From the IMG/VR virus record IMGVR_UViG_3300043394_000085, positions 1-34,027 of that record: DNA of 34,027 nt; one strand, written 5' to 3'. The stretch is from a virus. Lineage: Duplodnaviria > Caudoviricetes. The translations under genes were made by a program, and so were the position numbers. Positions within the stretch are counted from its first letter, which is position 1, and the number at the start of each line of letters is the position of its first letter. The notes under the pieces were generated by a model. That model was not told the DNA's origin and did no database searches. It saw only the letters and a program-made list of their open reading frames with translations. Below are positions 23,798-32,286 of this stretch, in pieces.

Positions 23798-25818
23798 CAC
23801 TTAGCTCCAGAAGTGCGAGCCTGACGGCCACGCTTTACGCTTGACGAATCTCCTGTGGCAGCTCCACTTCGTTCTCCGCCCCCCATTCCGTTGGCAGACC
23901 CTCCGGGTACGCCAGCCCCAGGTAGTTGTCCCTGGTTAATGGAAGGTTGAACTTCTGGAGCAGCTCCAGGACGTAGTCCGGCCCGCTCCCACTCTGGGGC
24001 GTTGATTCCGCCTGCTGCATTGAAGACTTCATTGCGTGCCTCGTCTTGTGAGAGTTTGCCTTTGCGATATTGTAGCCAAATGTTGTCTACCTTGTCAGCA
24101 TTTGCTGCTGTTTTGAATGTATCAGGGAACAGGCCGCGAACAGCCTCCCAGGTAATGGATTGCATCTCACGGGGTAAGACGCCACGCTCTTGAGCTGCAC
24201 GTCGGTACGCTTCAGCATAGATTCCATATGTGCCTTTTACGCCAGTGACAGAGCTGTTCTTTGGGCCACCTTCACCGGTAATGCCAGAGCCAAAGTTGTG
24301 CAAAACCTCACGGCTATTGCCAGACAGTGGTCGCAGCAAGCCAGCAGCCACCGCATGGGTGTCGATGGTCACAGCGCCAGATGGGTCATTGGGCGCGTAG
24401 ATGTTGTTGTAGAAGTTGCGAACCTTGTGCATGTCGCCCAGGTTCTTGCTGATGTTCGCTTTTGATGGGTCATCCAAAATGACGATGGCTTTGCCGATCT
24501 CATTGAGCGAACCCCAGCCGGTCTTGGTTGGAGTCTTGCCGTCAGCATTCATGCGCAGGCCAGCAAAGTCACCCTCTGGAGTAACGATCTGGTGCTCGCG
24601 TGGCAAGTACGCCTGGTCATATGTGCGCAGCCACATGGCTTTCAAACCTGGATCTGTAATCTCTGCCAGGGTTTTGCCTTTGATCGCGTCAACCATTGGC
24701 GCGTATTGTGGCTTTGACCAAATGACTTTGGCCATTTCGGTCATTGCGTCATCCCATTTGGCGGTCTGTTTTCCCGTCATGATGTCAAGCACTCGCTGGC
24801 CAAGAGACACATTCATGAACCAATCTTTTTGTGGCGATAGAACGGCCAGCACGCCAGACACTGCCTGGTCAGGAACCTGGTACTCATTCGACCATTTGCT
24901 GGTGATGTTGCGCGCACCGTCATACCAAAGTTTGCTGCGCTGGCGCGTAGCTTCCGGAACCTGGTCATGCAAGAACAACAAGTTGTCTTTGACTTCTGTG
25001 ATGAAGTCTTCGGCCTGCTTGTCTGGGCTGCGTGCTTTTGACGCAAAATTTGGATACTGTTTAATCAGTCCGACGTTGTAATTAAATGCTTCTGGATCTG
25101 TCTTTGCCGATTGCAAATCGATCACCAGATTGTTGGCCAATGGGTCTTCTGTGGCTTTGACAGCGGTTGGCAGTCGAGTACTCACCACATTGGGGCCAGA
25201 CTGCACAATGCCTAAACCACGCGCAGGCATGCCGGTTTTTTCCAGCGCGTTGATTGTCATCTCGGCTGCTTTTGGTATCAGAGGCTTAGCAGCTGTGACC
25301 GTGCCTGCCACACCTGGTATTAAGCCTATTGCAGCTCCGCCAGCCTGCAATGCAGCTGTGCCGTAGTTGCCCTGCTGCACTGATGTCACAGCCTCTTCAC
25401 CCATGCGCACAGCTTCTTGCGTCTGCAAACCAGTACCCAGGAAGGGCACAACGTCCGCTAGGCCCATGTTTAAGGGTAGGTTGCTACTAGGGCCACCCAA
25501 AAGCGTTTGAGCGTTTTGACGGGCTTTATAGCGATCCACACCCATGCCCTCAAAGCCAGCTTGTAAAAAACTGGCCAGGCGCTCACGCACAGTCGGGTCA
25601 TAGGCAGTTGCCTGCGCTGGTTTTTGTCCACTGTAAGCAAAGTCGGGTAAACCCCTAGAACCAACTTCGGCAACCAGGATGTCACCAGGTCGTTGACCAG
25701 GAGCCATGGCTTGCTGTGGTTCCGCAGCTGGTGCAGGCGCAGTCTCGACCGGCTCTGTAGGAAACTGGATCGCTGTCAATGCTGACAAGTATTTATTTTC
25801 GACCGGGCTGTAGGCCAT
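23797..25818 (-). CDS. Putative internal virion protein with pre-toxin-like hydrophobic segment and C-terminal HhH-GPD DNA-glycosylase-like domain
   Basis: Within the ejection cluster. LADVVPFLGT...GNYGTAALQAGGAAIGLIPGVAG, then WY..AR...VLAVLSPQ..W..NV, HKVRNFY..I...VTIDTHA, Y...AEAYR.AA...LPREMQSITW. The CDS is secure; the domain call is by motif resemblance. Confidence 0.7.
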   Translation of the reverse strand: MAYSPVENKYLSALTAIQFPTEPVETAPAPAAEPQQAMAPGQRPGDILVAEVGSRGLPDFAYSGQKPAQATAYDPTVRERLASFLQAGFEGMGVDRYKARQNAQTLLGGPSSNLPLNMGLADVVPFLGTGLQTQEAVRMGEEAVTSVQQGNYGTAALQAGGAAIGLIPGVAGTVTAAKPLIPKAAEMTINALEKTGMPARGLGIVQSGPNVVSTRLPTAVKATEDPLANNLVIDLQSAKTDPEAFNYNVGLIKQYPNFASKARSPDKQAEDFITEVKDNLLFLHDQVPEATRQRSKLWYDGARNITSKWSNEYQVPDQAVSGVLAVLSPQKDWFMNVSLGQRVLDIMTGKQTAKWDDAMTEMAKVIWSKPQYAPMVDAIKGKTLAEITDPGLKAMWLRTYDQAYLPREHQIVTPEGDFAGLRMNADGKTPTKTGWGSLNEIGKAIVILDDPSKANISKNLGDMHKVRNFYNNIYAPNDPSGAVTIDTHAVAAGLLRPLSGNSREVLHNFGSGITGEGGPKNSSVTGVKGTYGIYAEAYRRAAQERGVLPREMQSITWEAVRGLFPDTFKTAANADKVDNIWLQYRKGKLSQDEARNEVFNAAGGINAPEWERAGLRPGAAPEVQPSINQGQLPGAGVPGGSANGMGGGERSGAATGDSSSVKRGRQARTSGAK
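23835..24032 (-). CDS. Nested out-of-frame small acidic protein (65 aa)
   Basis: RBS GAGG 6 nt before the ATG. Globular-looking DYVLELLQKFNLPLTRDNYLGLAYPEGLP.EW.AE.E.ELP, while the host frame here becomes Gly/Ala/Pro low complexity. Confidence 0.6.
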   Translation of the reverse strand: MKSSMQQAESTPQSGSGPDYVLELLQKFNLPLTRDNYLGLAYPEGLPTEWGAENEVELPQEIRQA

Positions 25819-27554
25819 TACTGATTCCCTTCTGCCTGGTCGAGCAGGCGCTTGATTTGTGTGATCTCAGCCGGCTTGAGCTTCTTGCTGTTCTCCAAAG
25901 CGGGCAGGGTGTCGCGGGTGATCGGGCCACCGGCCTTCTTCTCCCAGACAGTGGTCAGCGAGGTGCGGGCAGCCTTGGCCTGCTCTGTGTTGCGGGTGGC
26001 TTCCAGGTTCTTGGACACCTGCTCAAGCACCTGGCGGGGCTGGAGAATCTCACCCTTCGCGGTGGCTGCAGACTGCACTGCCAGAGCGTCTGCGCGCAGC
26101 TTCTGCAGGCGCTGGAACTCTGCGCCCTTGGGGTCAAGCACAGTCACTGAGCCAGGCATCGTCGGAATGCCAGCCAGTCTGGCCAGGCCAGTGTCCAGGT
26201 CGCGTTGGTCGCGGCGGTCTTCGCTGGTCAGCAGTCTGAGTGCGGCGACCTTCTGCTTGCCGTTGAGCGAGCCATTCTTGAAAATCTGGTCAGGGTTGGT
26301 GATCGTGCCTTCGTAGATGCCGCGGATCACATTGAACTCAGCGGTGGGGTTGCCCTCTGTGTTGGGCTGCAGCAAGTCCTTGAGGACACTCAGCGGCACA
26401 GCGTCTGGCGTCTTCTGAGCGATGACAGCGATCTGGCTTGTGAGCTGCTTGCGGGCCTGGCTGCCCTCTGGCGCAGCGATGGCCTTCTCATACAGGGGCA
26501 CGAACTCCAGGACGGCTGCACGCTTGTCGGCTTCGCGCTTCTGATTGAGCGCAGTGTTGCGAGCGTTGACGGCCACCATGTAGTTGGCCGACACCTTCTC
26601 AATGGAAGCGTAGTCGGTCATCAGCATGCCTTTGACCAGGTCGGACATTCGGCCCACGTTGCCGGTCTGGATGTTCTTGAGCGTTGCCTCGGGGTCAGCG
26701 ATGGCAGCCTCATCAGTGATCAGGAACTTGGTGACGGCGTTGATCTTGGCTCCCTTCAGAGCCGCCTCAAACTTGTCGCTGTACTGCTTCTGCACCTGGG
26801 CGTCGCCAAGCAGCAGGGCGCTGGTGGTGATCGACTGGCGGTACACGTCGGCCAGCTCTTCGATGCTGCGCTTCTGCTGGGTCTTGGGGTCAACCCAGAA
26901 ACCCTGCGACACCGCGGCTTCAAGCAAGCGGGTGCTGTTGTCAAAGTCAGCATCGAACTTGGCCAGGCGCTGGGCCTTCTCGCGCTTCATCTCAAATTCG
27001 GCAGCCTTGGCCAGCACTGTGTTGCCCATGGTGGCTGTGGTTGCGCGGAACTTGAGCGACGCCTCGGGGTCAACTTGCGCCAGGCTGCGGCTGAAGCCGT
27101 CCATCATCGATGTCAGCTTGCCTTGCACCTGCTCGGTGGTCGCCTTGCCAGACTCGACAGCCGTCAGCATGCCGGTCATCTGTGTGCGAGCCTCGGCCTC
27201 AAAGTTGCTGGACAGCTCAAAGGAGCGAGCCTTGCGCACAGCCTGGTCGAACACATTGAGCGAGCCACCCAGCTTCATCGCCTGGACATCGCCCATCTTT
27301 GCAGCCTGCAGCTGCTCTTCGGTCAGCGGGTTGTCGGCAGCGTACTGGTAGCCGGCATCGGCAGCCGCGGTCTTGGCAATGCCGAAGAGCTGGTTGCTGA
27401 TGCGGTCGAGCGTCTGAGCCACGGTCTGAGCGTTGGCAGCGCCAGCTCGCAGGCCGACATAGTCAACCTGGGGAGCGTTGACGGTTGGCAGCACCGCGCC
27501 AGGAATGCCTGCCGCTTCTACACGGCCAGATTGGAGGAGTGGTAGGTCTGCCAT
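25818..27554 (-). CDS. Internal virion (ejection) protein, 578 aa, helical
   Basis: Second gene after tail tube B; Ala/Gln/Lys-rich helical composition; TAATG coupling to the next gene. Confidence 0.75.
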   Translation of the reverse strand: MADLPLLQSGRVEAAGIPGAVLPTVNAPQVDYVGLRAGAANAQTVAQTLDRISNQLFGIAKTAAADAGYQYAADNPLTEEQLQAAKMGDVQAMKLGGSLNVFDQAVRKARSFELSSNFEAEARTQMTGMLTAVESGKATTEQVQGKLTSMMDGFSRSLAQVDPEASLKFRATTATMGNTVLAKAAEFEMKREKAQRLAKFDADFDNSTRLLEAAVSQGFWVDPKTQQKRSIEELADVYRQSITTSALLLGDAQVQKQYSDKFEAALKGAKINAVTKFLITDEAAIADPEATLKNIQTGNVGRMSDLVKGMLMTDYASIEKVSANYMVAVNARNTALNQKREADKRAAVLEFVPLYEKAIAAPEGSQARKQLTSQIAVIAQKTPDAVPLSVLKDLLQPNTEGNPTAEFNVIRGIYEGTITNPDQIFKNGSLNGKQKVAALRLLTSEDRRDQRDLDTGLARLAGIPTMPGSVTVLDPKGAEFQRLQKLRADALAVQSAATAKGEILQPRQVLEQVSKNLEATRNTEQAKAARTSLTTVWEKKAGGPITRDTLPALENSKKLKPAEITQIKRLLDQAEGNQ

Positions 27555-27557
27555 GTT

Positions 27558-28478
27558 TTAAGGTGTGAATGGGTTGCGAACAGTCTGAGCGAAGTTCAGA
27601 CCTCCCTGCAGTAGCGTGGCGTTCGACAGCAAGCCGCCGCTGTCCACAGCGAACTGACCGGCCAGGCGCATCTGGCTGGCCTGCGCTTCGGCTCCGGCCA
27701 TCGTCAGCTCGGCCTGCTCCTTGGCTGCCAGGATCATCGCGCCTGCGTCTTCAAAGCCCAGGATGCGAGCCGTCAGCGCATTCAGATCGGACATGCCGAC
27801 ATCGCGGTAGGTCGCGCCCACGTTGGCCGCTTGCACGGCAGCAGAAGAGCCTTCGTTGTAGACGATGCCGTTGGCAGCAGCACGGGCACGCACGGCAGCG
27901 TTTGACCGCTCCATGGTGCGCAGCAGGCTGTTGCCTTGAATGGTGTAGTTCAGTGCCTGGCGCTCGGCCGACAGCAGCTTGCGACCGGCCTGGATGGATG
28001 CGTACTTCTGATCCTGGTCAGTGCGAATCTGTGCCAGGCGCAGCGTGTCAAGAGCCTGCACTTCGTACAGACCCTGTTGGTAGATGGCCGCAGTCTTCTG
28101 CGCACCAGCACTGGTGATGGCCGAAGCCAGCTGCAGATACGGGGCCGCAGCATTGATGCCGGTCTGCAACCCGGTGAAGGCAGAGCCTGCAACCTCGCCA
28201 GCCGCAGTCAGGAACTTGCTGCCCGATGCGATGATGCTGGCCCAGTCATAGCCGCCCGACGTGTCAACGCCAGACAGCAGGCTGTAGTCATAGCTGCCGA
28301 TCTGATAGGCAGACGGATTGCTGAACGATGCAACGCTCAGACCCAGGCCATCAGTCGCGCTGAACCCAGTGTTCAAGTTATAGCTGACGTTGCTCGCGTC
28401 GAAGCCAAGGCCCGACGGCGCAGACCAGCCACCAGCAAGACTGAAGTCCACTCCAGAAAAGTTAAGTCCATCTCCCAT
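27558..28478 (-). CDS. Internal virion protein (T7 gp14-like position) with Gly/Ser/aromatic N-terminal extension
   Basis: Follows tail tube B; RARAAANGI..NEGS motif and Ala/Gln-rich C-terminal half. Confidence 0.75.
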   Translation of the reverse strand: MGDGLNFSGVDFSLAGGWSAPSGLGFDASNVSYNLNTGFSATDGLGLSVASFSNPSAYQIGSYDYSLLSGVDTSGGYDWASIIASGSKFLTAAGEVAGSAFTGLQTGINAAAPYLQLASAITSAGAQKTAAIYQQGLYEVQALDTLRLAQIRTDQDQKYASIQAGRKLLSAERQALNYTIQGNSLLRTMERSNAAVRARAAANGIVYNEGSSAAVQAANVGATYRDVGMSDLNALTARILGFEDAGAMILAAKEQAELTMAGAEAQASQMRLAGQFAVDSGGLLSNATLLQGGLNFAQTVRNPFTP

Positions 28479-30454
28479 CAGGTTCCTCCAGTGACCGCGA
28501 TCTTGTACTCAAGACCCAGCAGGGTCATCTTGAGCGGCAGGCTCTGCGATATTTCGATGCTTGCCTCGCGGCTGTAGCCAAGCACGCCATTGACGCGCTT
28601 GCTGCCAGTGAATGTTGGTTCCGGGTCGTCCAGCAACGGGTTGTCGAATGCTCGGAACGGCACGGGGTTGTCGTTCAGCTCCAGGTGCTGCGTGTTGTCC
28701 ACCAGCGCGTTGATCTCAACGATCCGCTTCTTGAAGCCGATGCGAGTGCCGGTCTGCAGTTTGATCTCCACCGGCATGGTCTTGGCAAACACGGTGAACG
28801 GCAGGCCGATCTCATAGCTGGCTGCAGCTGCTTGGTCGAATGTCACCGCGCCGCCGCCGCTCACAGTCTCGTTGCCCTGGGGCACGCCATCGCAGATCAC
28901 ATTGAGTGACTTGCCGATGTGCGGCAGACCAGTCGCGCCGCTCGCGGCACCGCCCACGAACGCGCAGTCAGTGAAGCGGTCGAAGCTGAACAGCTCCACG
29001 AAGTACTTGTTGGTGCTGTTGAATGTGCGCTTGACCACCGCATAGATGTCGGTCACGTCAACGCTCACGTCCTTGAACTGGCCGTCAGTGATGAACTCAG
29101 ACGGAGCCGTGATCTGCTGCGAGCGCATGATGCTGAACGAAGCGATGGTGCCGTCGGTGTCGTTGACCATCATCAGCAGATCGCCTTCGTCGGTGCTGTT
29201 CGCACGGCGCAGTGCCATGCGTGTTGGCGACTTCAGAAGGTGGCCAGACAGCAAAGAGATGCGCTGCGTCACATACGTCAGCTGCGTGTCAGAGAACAAG
29301 AACTCATTGACCGACTTGCCCTGGCGCTGGATGTAGACCGTGCCAGACTCAAGCGACTGCACGCGGGTGCCAGGCTTGGTGCCGTTGCGGCTCACGCCCT
29401 TGAACGTCAGCGTCAATGGGGTGATCGGCTCGGTGCCAGACTGCGGCACGAAGAACTCAGAGCCGGTGGTGAACACCTGCAAGTCGCGGCCAGAGATCAT
29501 GTCAACGATCACGTTGAGCGAGCTGGTGTCCAGCGTCGCCTCGACCGCATCGTCATCGAATGACTCGGTCGGCATAAACTCATCGAAGATGCCGATCTTG
29601 GAGCCCCAGATTGTGGAGGGGCGCGACTTGGAGCCGCCGAAGTACAGGCGACCCTCATGGAAAGTGACAGTGCGTGGCCAGCCCTTGCCGCTGCTCCACA
29701 CGTCCTCATAGCCCGACTCAATCTCCCAGCTGCCTTGCGCGATGTTGCTGGTGTTGAAAAATGGGTACTCAGTGACTGCGTTGACAGTAGTTGCCGTCAG
29801 GTACTGAATGATCCTGGCGCGGCCCTGTGGGTAGGCATTGATGTACTGGCCGACACTGCCCGCACTGAATGCGGAGTTCTGAGAGGTCAACAGCACATTG
29901 CCTGACACCGCGCTTGGCGTTAGGTGTCCAGCTGTTGGCGTCGTCACCGTCATCGTGAATGGGTGCTTGGGGATGCTGGAGAACGTATAGGAGCTGATCG
30001 TCCAGTCCGCATTGGTCGCACCGCGCACCAGCTTCACAGGAGCCAGGTCAGGGTGGACGATGAACATCGTGTCGGCCGACTGCGTCCAGTTCAGCTCAGA
30101 CAGCATCGCGCTGGTGATGCTGGTGGCCAGGTAGGCGTTGGCACCACCGTTGATCGCAGTGATCTGCACGCCGTCCTTGAAGACGTACATGCGCTGGTGA
30201 ACGAAGCACAGCATGTAGCTGTCGTCCACGTTGAACTCAAACGGCACCAGGCGAACGCCATCGGCTGCAGAGCTGGGCAGCTCCGCGATGTGCTTCAGAC
30301 CAGGACGGCGACGAAGGCCACCCTGCGGCTGAATCACCACGTTGGTCGCCTTGGCCAGTGCGTTGTTGTACTGGGCAAGATCGATGCGGGCACGCAGCAG
30401 CGGGTCTAACTCGCCAGAGCTGAAGTTGGTTTGGATGTCAACAAAACGTGGCAT
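28478..30454 (-). CDS. Tail tubular protein B (nozzle; T7 gp12/P22 gp10-like)
   Basis: QTNFSSGELDP.L..R.DL..Y......N....QGG..RRPG; GWPRTVTFHEGRLYFGG; YIQR.GK.V.E. Confidence 0.9.
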   Translation of the reverse strand: MPRFVDIQTNFSSGELDPLLRARIDLAQYNNALAKATNVVIQPQGGLRRRPGLKHIAELPSSAADGVRLVPFEFNVDDSYMLCFVHQRMYVFKDGVQITAINGGANAYLATSITSAMLSELNWTQSADTMFIVHPDLAPVKLVRGATNADWTISSYTFSSIPKHPFTMTVTTPTAGHLTPSAVSGNVLLTSQNSAFSAGSVGQYINAYPQGRARIIQYLTATTVNAVTEYPFFNTSNIAQGSWEIESGYEDVWSSGKGWPRTVTFHEGRLYFGGSKSRPSTIWGSKIGIFDEFMPTESFDDDAVEATLDTSSLNVIVDMISGRDLQVFTTGSEFFVPQSGTEPITPLTLTFKGVSRNGTKPGTRVQSLESGTVYIQRQGKSVNEFLFSDTQLTYVTQRISLLSGHLLKSPTRMALRRANSTDEGDLLMMVNDTDGTIASFSIMRSQQITAPSEFITDGQFKDVSVDVTDIYAVVKRTFNSTNKYFVELFSFDRFTDCAFVGGAASGATGLPHIGKSLNVICDGVPQGNETVSGGGAVTFDQAAAASYEIGLPFTVFAKTMPVEIKLQTGTRIGFKKRIVEINALVDNTQHLELNDNPVPFRAFDNPLLDDPEPTFTGSKRVNGVLGYSREASIEISQSLPLKMTLLGLEYKIAVTGGT

Positions 30455-31068
30455 CAGCCCCTCACTGCGATAAGGCTGAAGTCTTCGATCACACGGGTTG
30501 GAGTGCCCTGGCCATCGATGTTCATCGCAGTGCGCATGAAGCCACCGCGGCCATTCTCACCAGGGCCGCCGACAGCAACGCCTTGCCAGTAGCTGGCGCG
30601 GTCAGACTGCTCGGTGATCGGCATCGCCAGGTGCCAGGCCATCATGTACTTGAGCAGCTGCACGAAGTACTGAGGCATGGCGAACTCGCCAACGCTGTAC
30701 TGGTAGTCCAGGTACACAGCGGGCAGATTGGTCAGGAGCTTGTCGCCTTGAATCTCCCAGTCCTTGTTGACTGGGGCACCTGCATTCGGGCTGGCATAGG
30801 CAGCGCGAACAGTTCCAAGACGGTCGCCTGGCAGCTGATACTCATAGCGCCAGACAGAATTTGGGGTGGTGATCAGCCGTGCGAGCTGAACCTTTTTGGT
30901 GTTGAACGTCCACGGGTAGGTGGTCAACACGGTGTCGCGGATGTCGGGGTACAGACGGTCGCAGACGCTGGCCGCGTCAGTGCCATCGTTGAACGATGTG
31001 ATTGACTTTGCACCCAGCATCAGCAGGGCATCGGAGCAGATAGAAACGCCAGTGTCGCCAGCAGCCAT
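30454..31068 (-). CDS. Tail tubular protein A (adaptor; T7 gp11-like)
   Basis: ICSDAL.MLGA..ITSF.D......C...Y...RD..L..YPW.F...W.Y.YQLP.D. Confidence 0.9.
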   Translation of the reverse strand: MAAGDTGVSICSDALLMLGAKSITSFNDGTDAASVCDRLYPDIRDTVLTTYPWTFNTKKVQLARLITTPNSVWRYEYQLPGDRLGTVRAAYASPNAGAPVNKDWEIQGDKLLTNLPAVYLDYQYSVGEFAMPQYFVQLLKYMMAWHLAMPITEQSDRASYWQGVAVGGPGENGRGGFMRTAMNIDGQGTPTRVIEDFSLIAVRG

Positions 31069-31089
31069 GTGAACCTCTCAATGTGAGAA

Positions 31090-31123
31090 GGGCCGACCTC
31101 CGAGAGTTCCCGAAAGTCGGCCC
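31090..31123 (-). terminator. Strong hairpin after the capsid cistrons (weak U tail; attenuator or processing site)
   Basis: Minus-strand GGGCCGACUUUCGGG-AACU-CUCGGAGGUCGGCCC pairs fully using G-U; followed only by UUCUC. Confidence 0.6.
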
Positions 31124-31144
31124 ACCTAACCGAACAGTGACTGA

Positions 31145-31423
31145 TTAGTCGCCGTCTGTATTGGCCAAAGTGGTGCCGTCGTTCACGTCAACCACGCCAG
31201 AGGCGTTGGACAGAACGTAGACCAAAGTGGCGACTGCGGTGGAGCCAGTGCTGGTCACGCAGTAAATCAAGTCACCAACTTCCAGAACGGAAGCCAACTC
31301 GTTGAAGTAGCCGCTTGTATTGACATCAGCGATTGCATCAGCCGTCTTGTAAGCGTAGATGGAAGGCGCAGAGCCACGCTTGGAAGCGTTGACTGTGGCG
31401 AGGCCGGTCTTAGAAAATGCCAT
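31145..31423 (-). CDS. Small capsid-associated (decoration-like) protein, 92 aa
   Basis: Immediately after the MCP with strong RBS TAAGGAG; Y.TADAIADVNTSGYFN.....L.VGDLI. Confidence 0.7.
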   Translation of the reverse strand: MAFSKTGLATVNASKRGSAPSIYAYKTADAIADVNTSGYFNELASVLEVGDLIYCVTSTGSTAVATLVYVLSNASGVVDVNDGTTLANTDGD

Positions 31424-31443
31424 GATTCTTACTCCTTAGTTGA

Positions 31444-32286
31444 TCAAGATTCGCGGCAAGTGATTTTCACGATACCTTCGGCGTCGATGGCAGTAGAGCC
31501 AGCGCTGAAAATCTCGTTAACCAACCAGCTGGTCTTCTCAGGGATGTAGTTGATCTCGCTGCGCATCGCAATGCCTTCACCGTAGCCGATGGCGGCTTTG
31601 TGGAAAGCGTAGACAACACGGTCGCTAGAGCCGTCGATGGCCAGACCACCTTCATCACGGTCGCCCATGACGTGGAAGTTGAAGCCCAAGAACGTGTTGA
31701 TCTCACCCTGCACCAACGCTTTGACGCTGTTGAAGTCAGAAGAAGTCACAGCAGTCTCAGCCAGCAACGCATCCAAGCTGTTCGCGTGAATGACGATGTG
31801 ACGGTCTTGCGATGGCACGTTCTTCGTGTTCAAGGCTTTGGCAGCAGCGCGGAGCTTGGCCACGTTCAAGTTGGTGTTAGAACCACCAACGCTGTTGGCG
31901 ACGGTGCCAGTGCCAGAAGCAGCAGCGAGTGCGTCGATGATCATCTGGTCTTGACGACGGCCCATGGCTTCGGCAACCAGTTGCACCAACTCTTGACGCT
32001 CGTCAAAGTTGACTTTCGCCTGGCTGAAGATGTCGCTGTACTCAGCTGCATTCCAGTCGGCCAGAGTCAGAGTGACTTGGCTGAAACCGGCGTTCAGAGG
32101 AGTGACATCAGTTTGCGGAATACGGGGGCTTGCGACACCGCGACCGACTTTTGTGAATTTGACAGTGGAGCCTTCGACACCACGACGCGAACGAACCGCA
32201 CCAACCAGCATTGCTTTGCCCTGGTAGGCTTGTTTCACTTCCGCATCGAAGAGCGTCACAAAGGCGTTAGAAAGAGAAACGCTCAT
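31444..32286 (-). CDS. Major capsid protein
   Basis: MSVSLSNAFVTLFDAEVKQAYQ...AMGRR.DQ.II.AL...TSSDF...KALV.GEI..FLGF.F; follows the scaffold gene; RBS GAGGT. Confidence 0.93.
   Translation of the reverse strand: MSVSLSNAFVTLFDAEVKQAYQGKAMLVGAVRSRRGVEGSTVKFTKVGRGVASPRIPQTDVTPLNAGFSQVTLTLADWNAAEYSDIFSQAKVNFDERQELVQLVAEAMGRRQDQMIIDALAAASGTGTVANSVGGSNTNLNVAKLRAAAKALNTKNVPSQDRHIVIHANSLDALLAETAVTSSDFNSVKALVQGEINTFLGFNFHVMGDRDEGGLAIDGSSDRVVYAFHKAAIGYGEGIAMRSEINYIPEKTSWLVNEIFSAGSTAIDAEGIVKITCRES

Noticed and set aside
26205-27545. Long plus-strand ORFs (446 aa here; also 303-1322, 19818-20327, 31600-32322)
   Set aside because: Antisense shadows of GC3-rich minus-strand genes, with no RBS or domain motifs.
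31424-31446. Capsid stop read-through or frameshift fusing MCP to the 92-aa gene (T7 10B-like)
   Set aside because: In-frame read-through meets TAA after four codons, no slippery site is evident, and the downstream gene has its own strong RBS.
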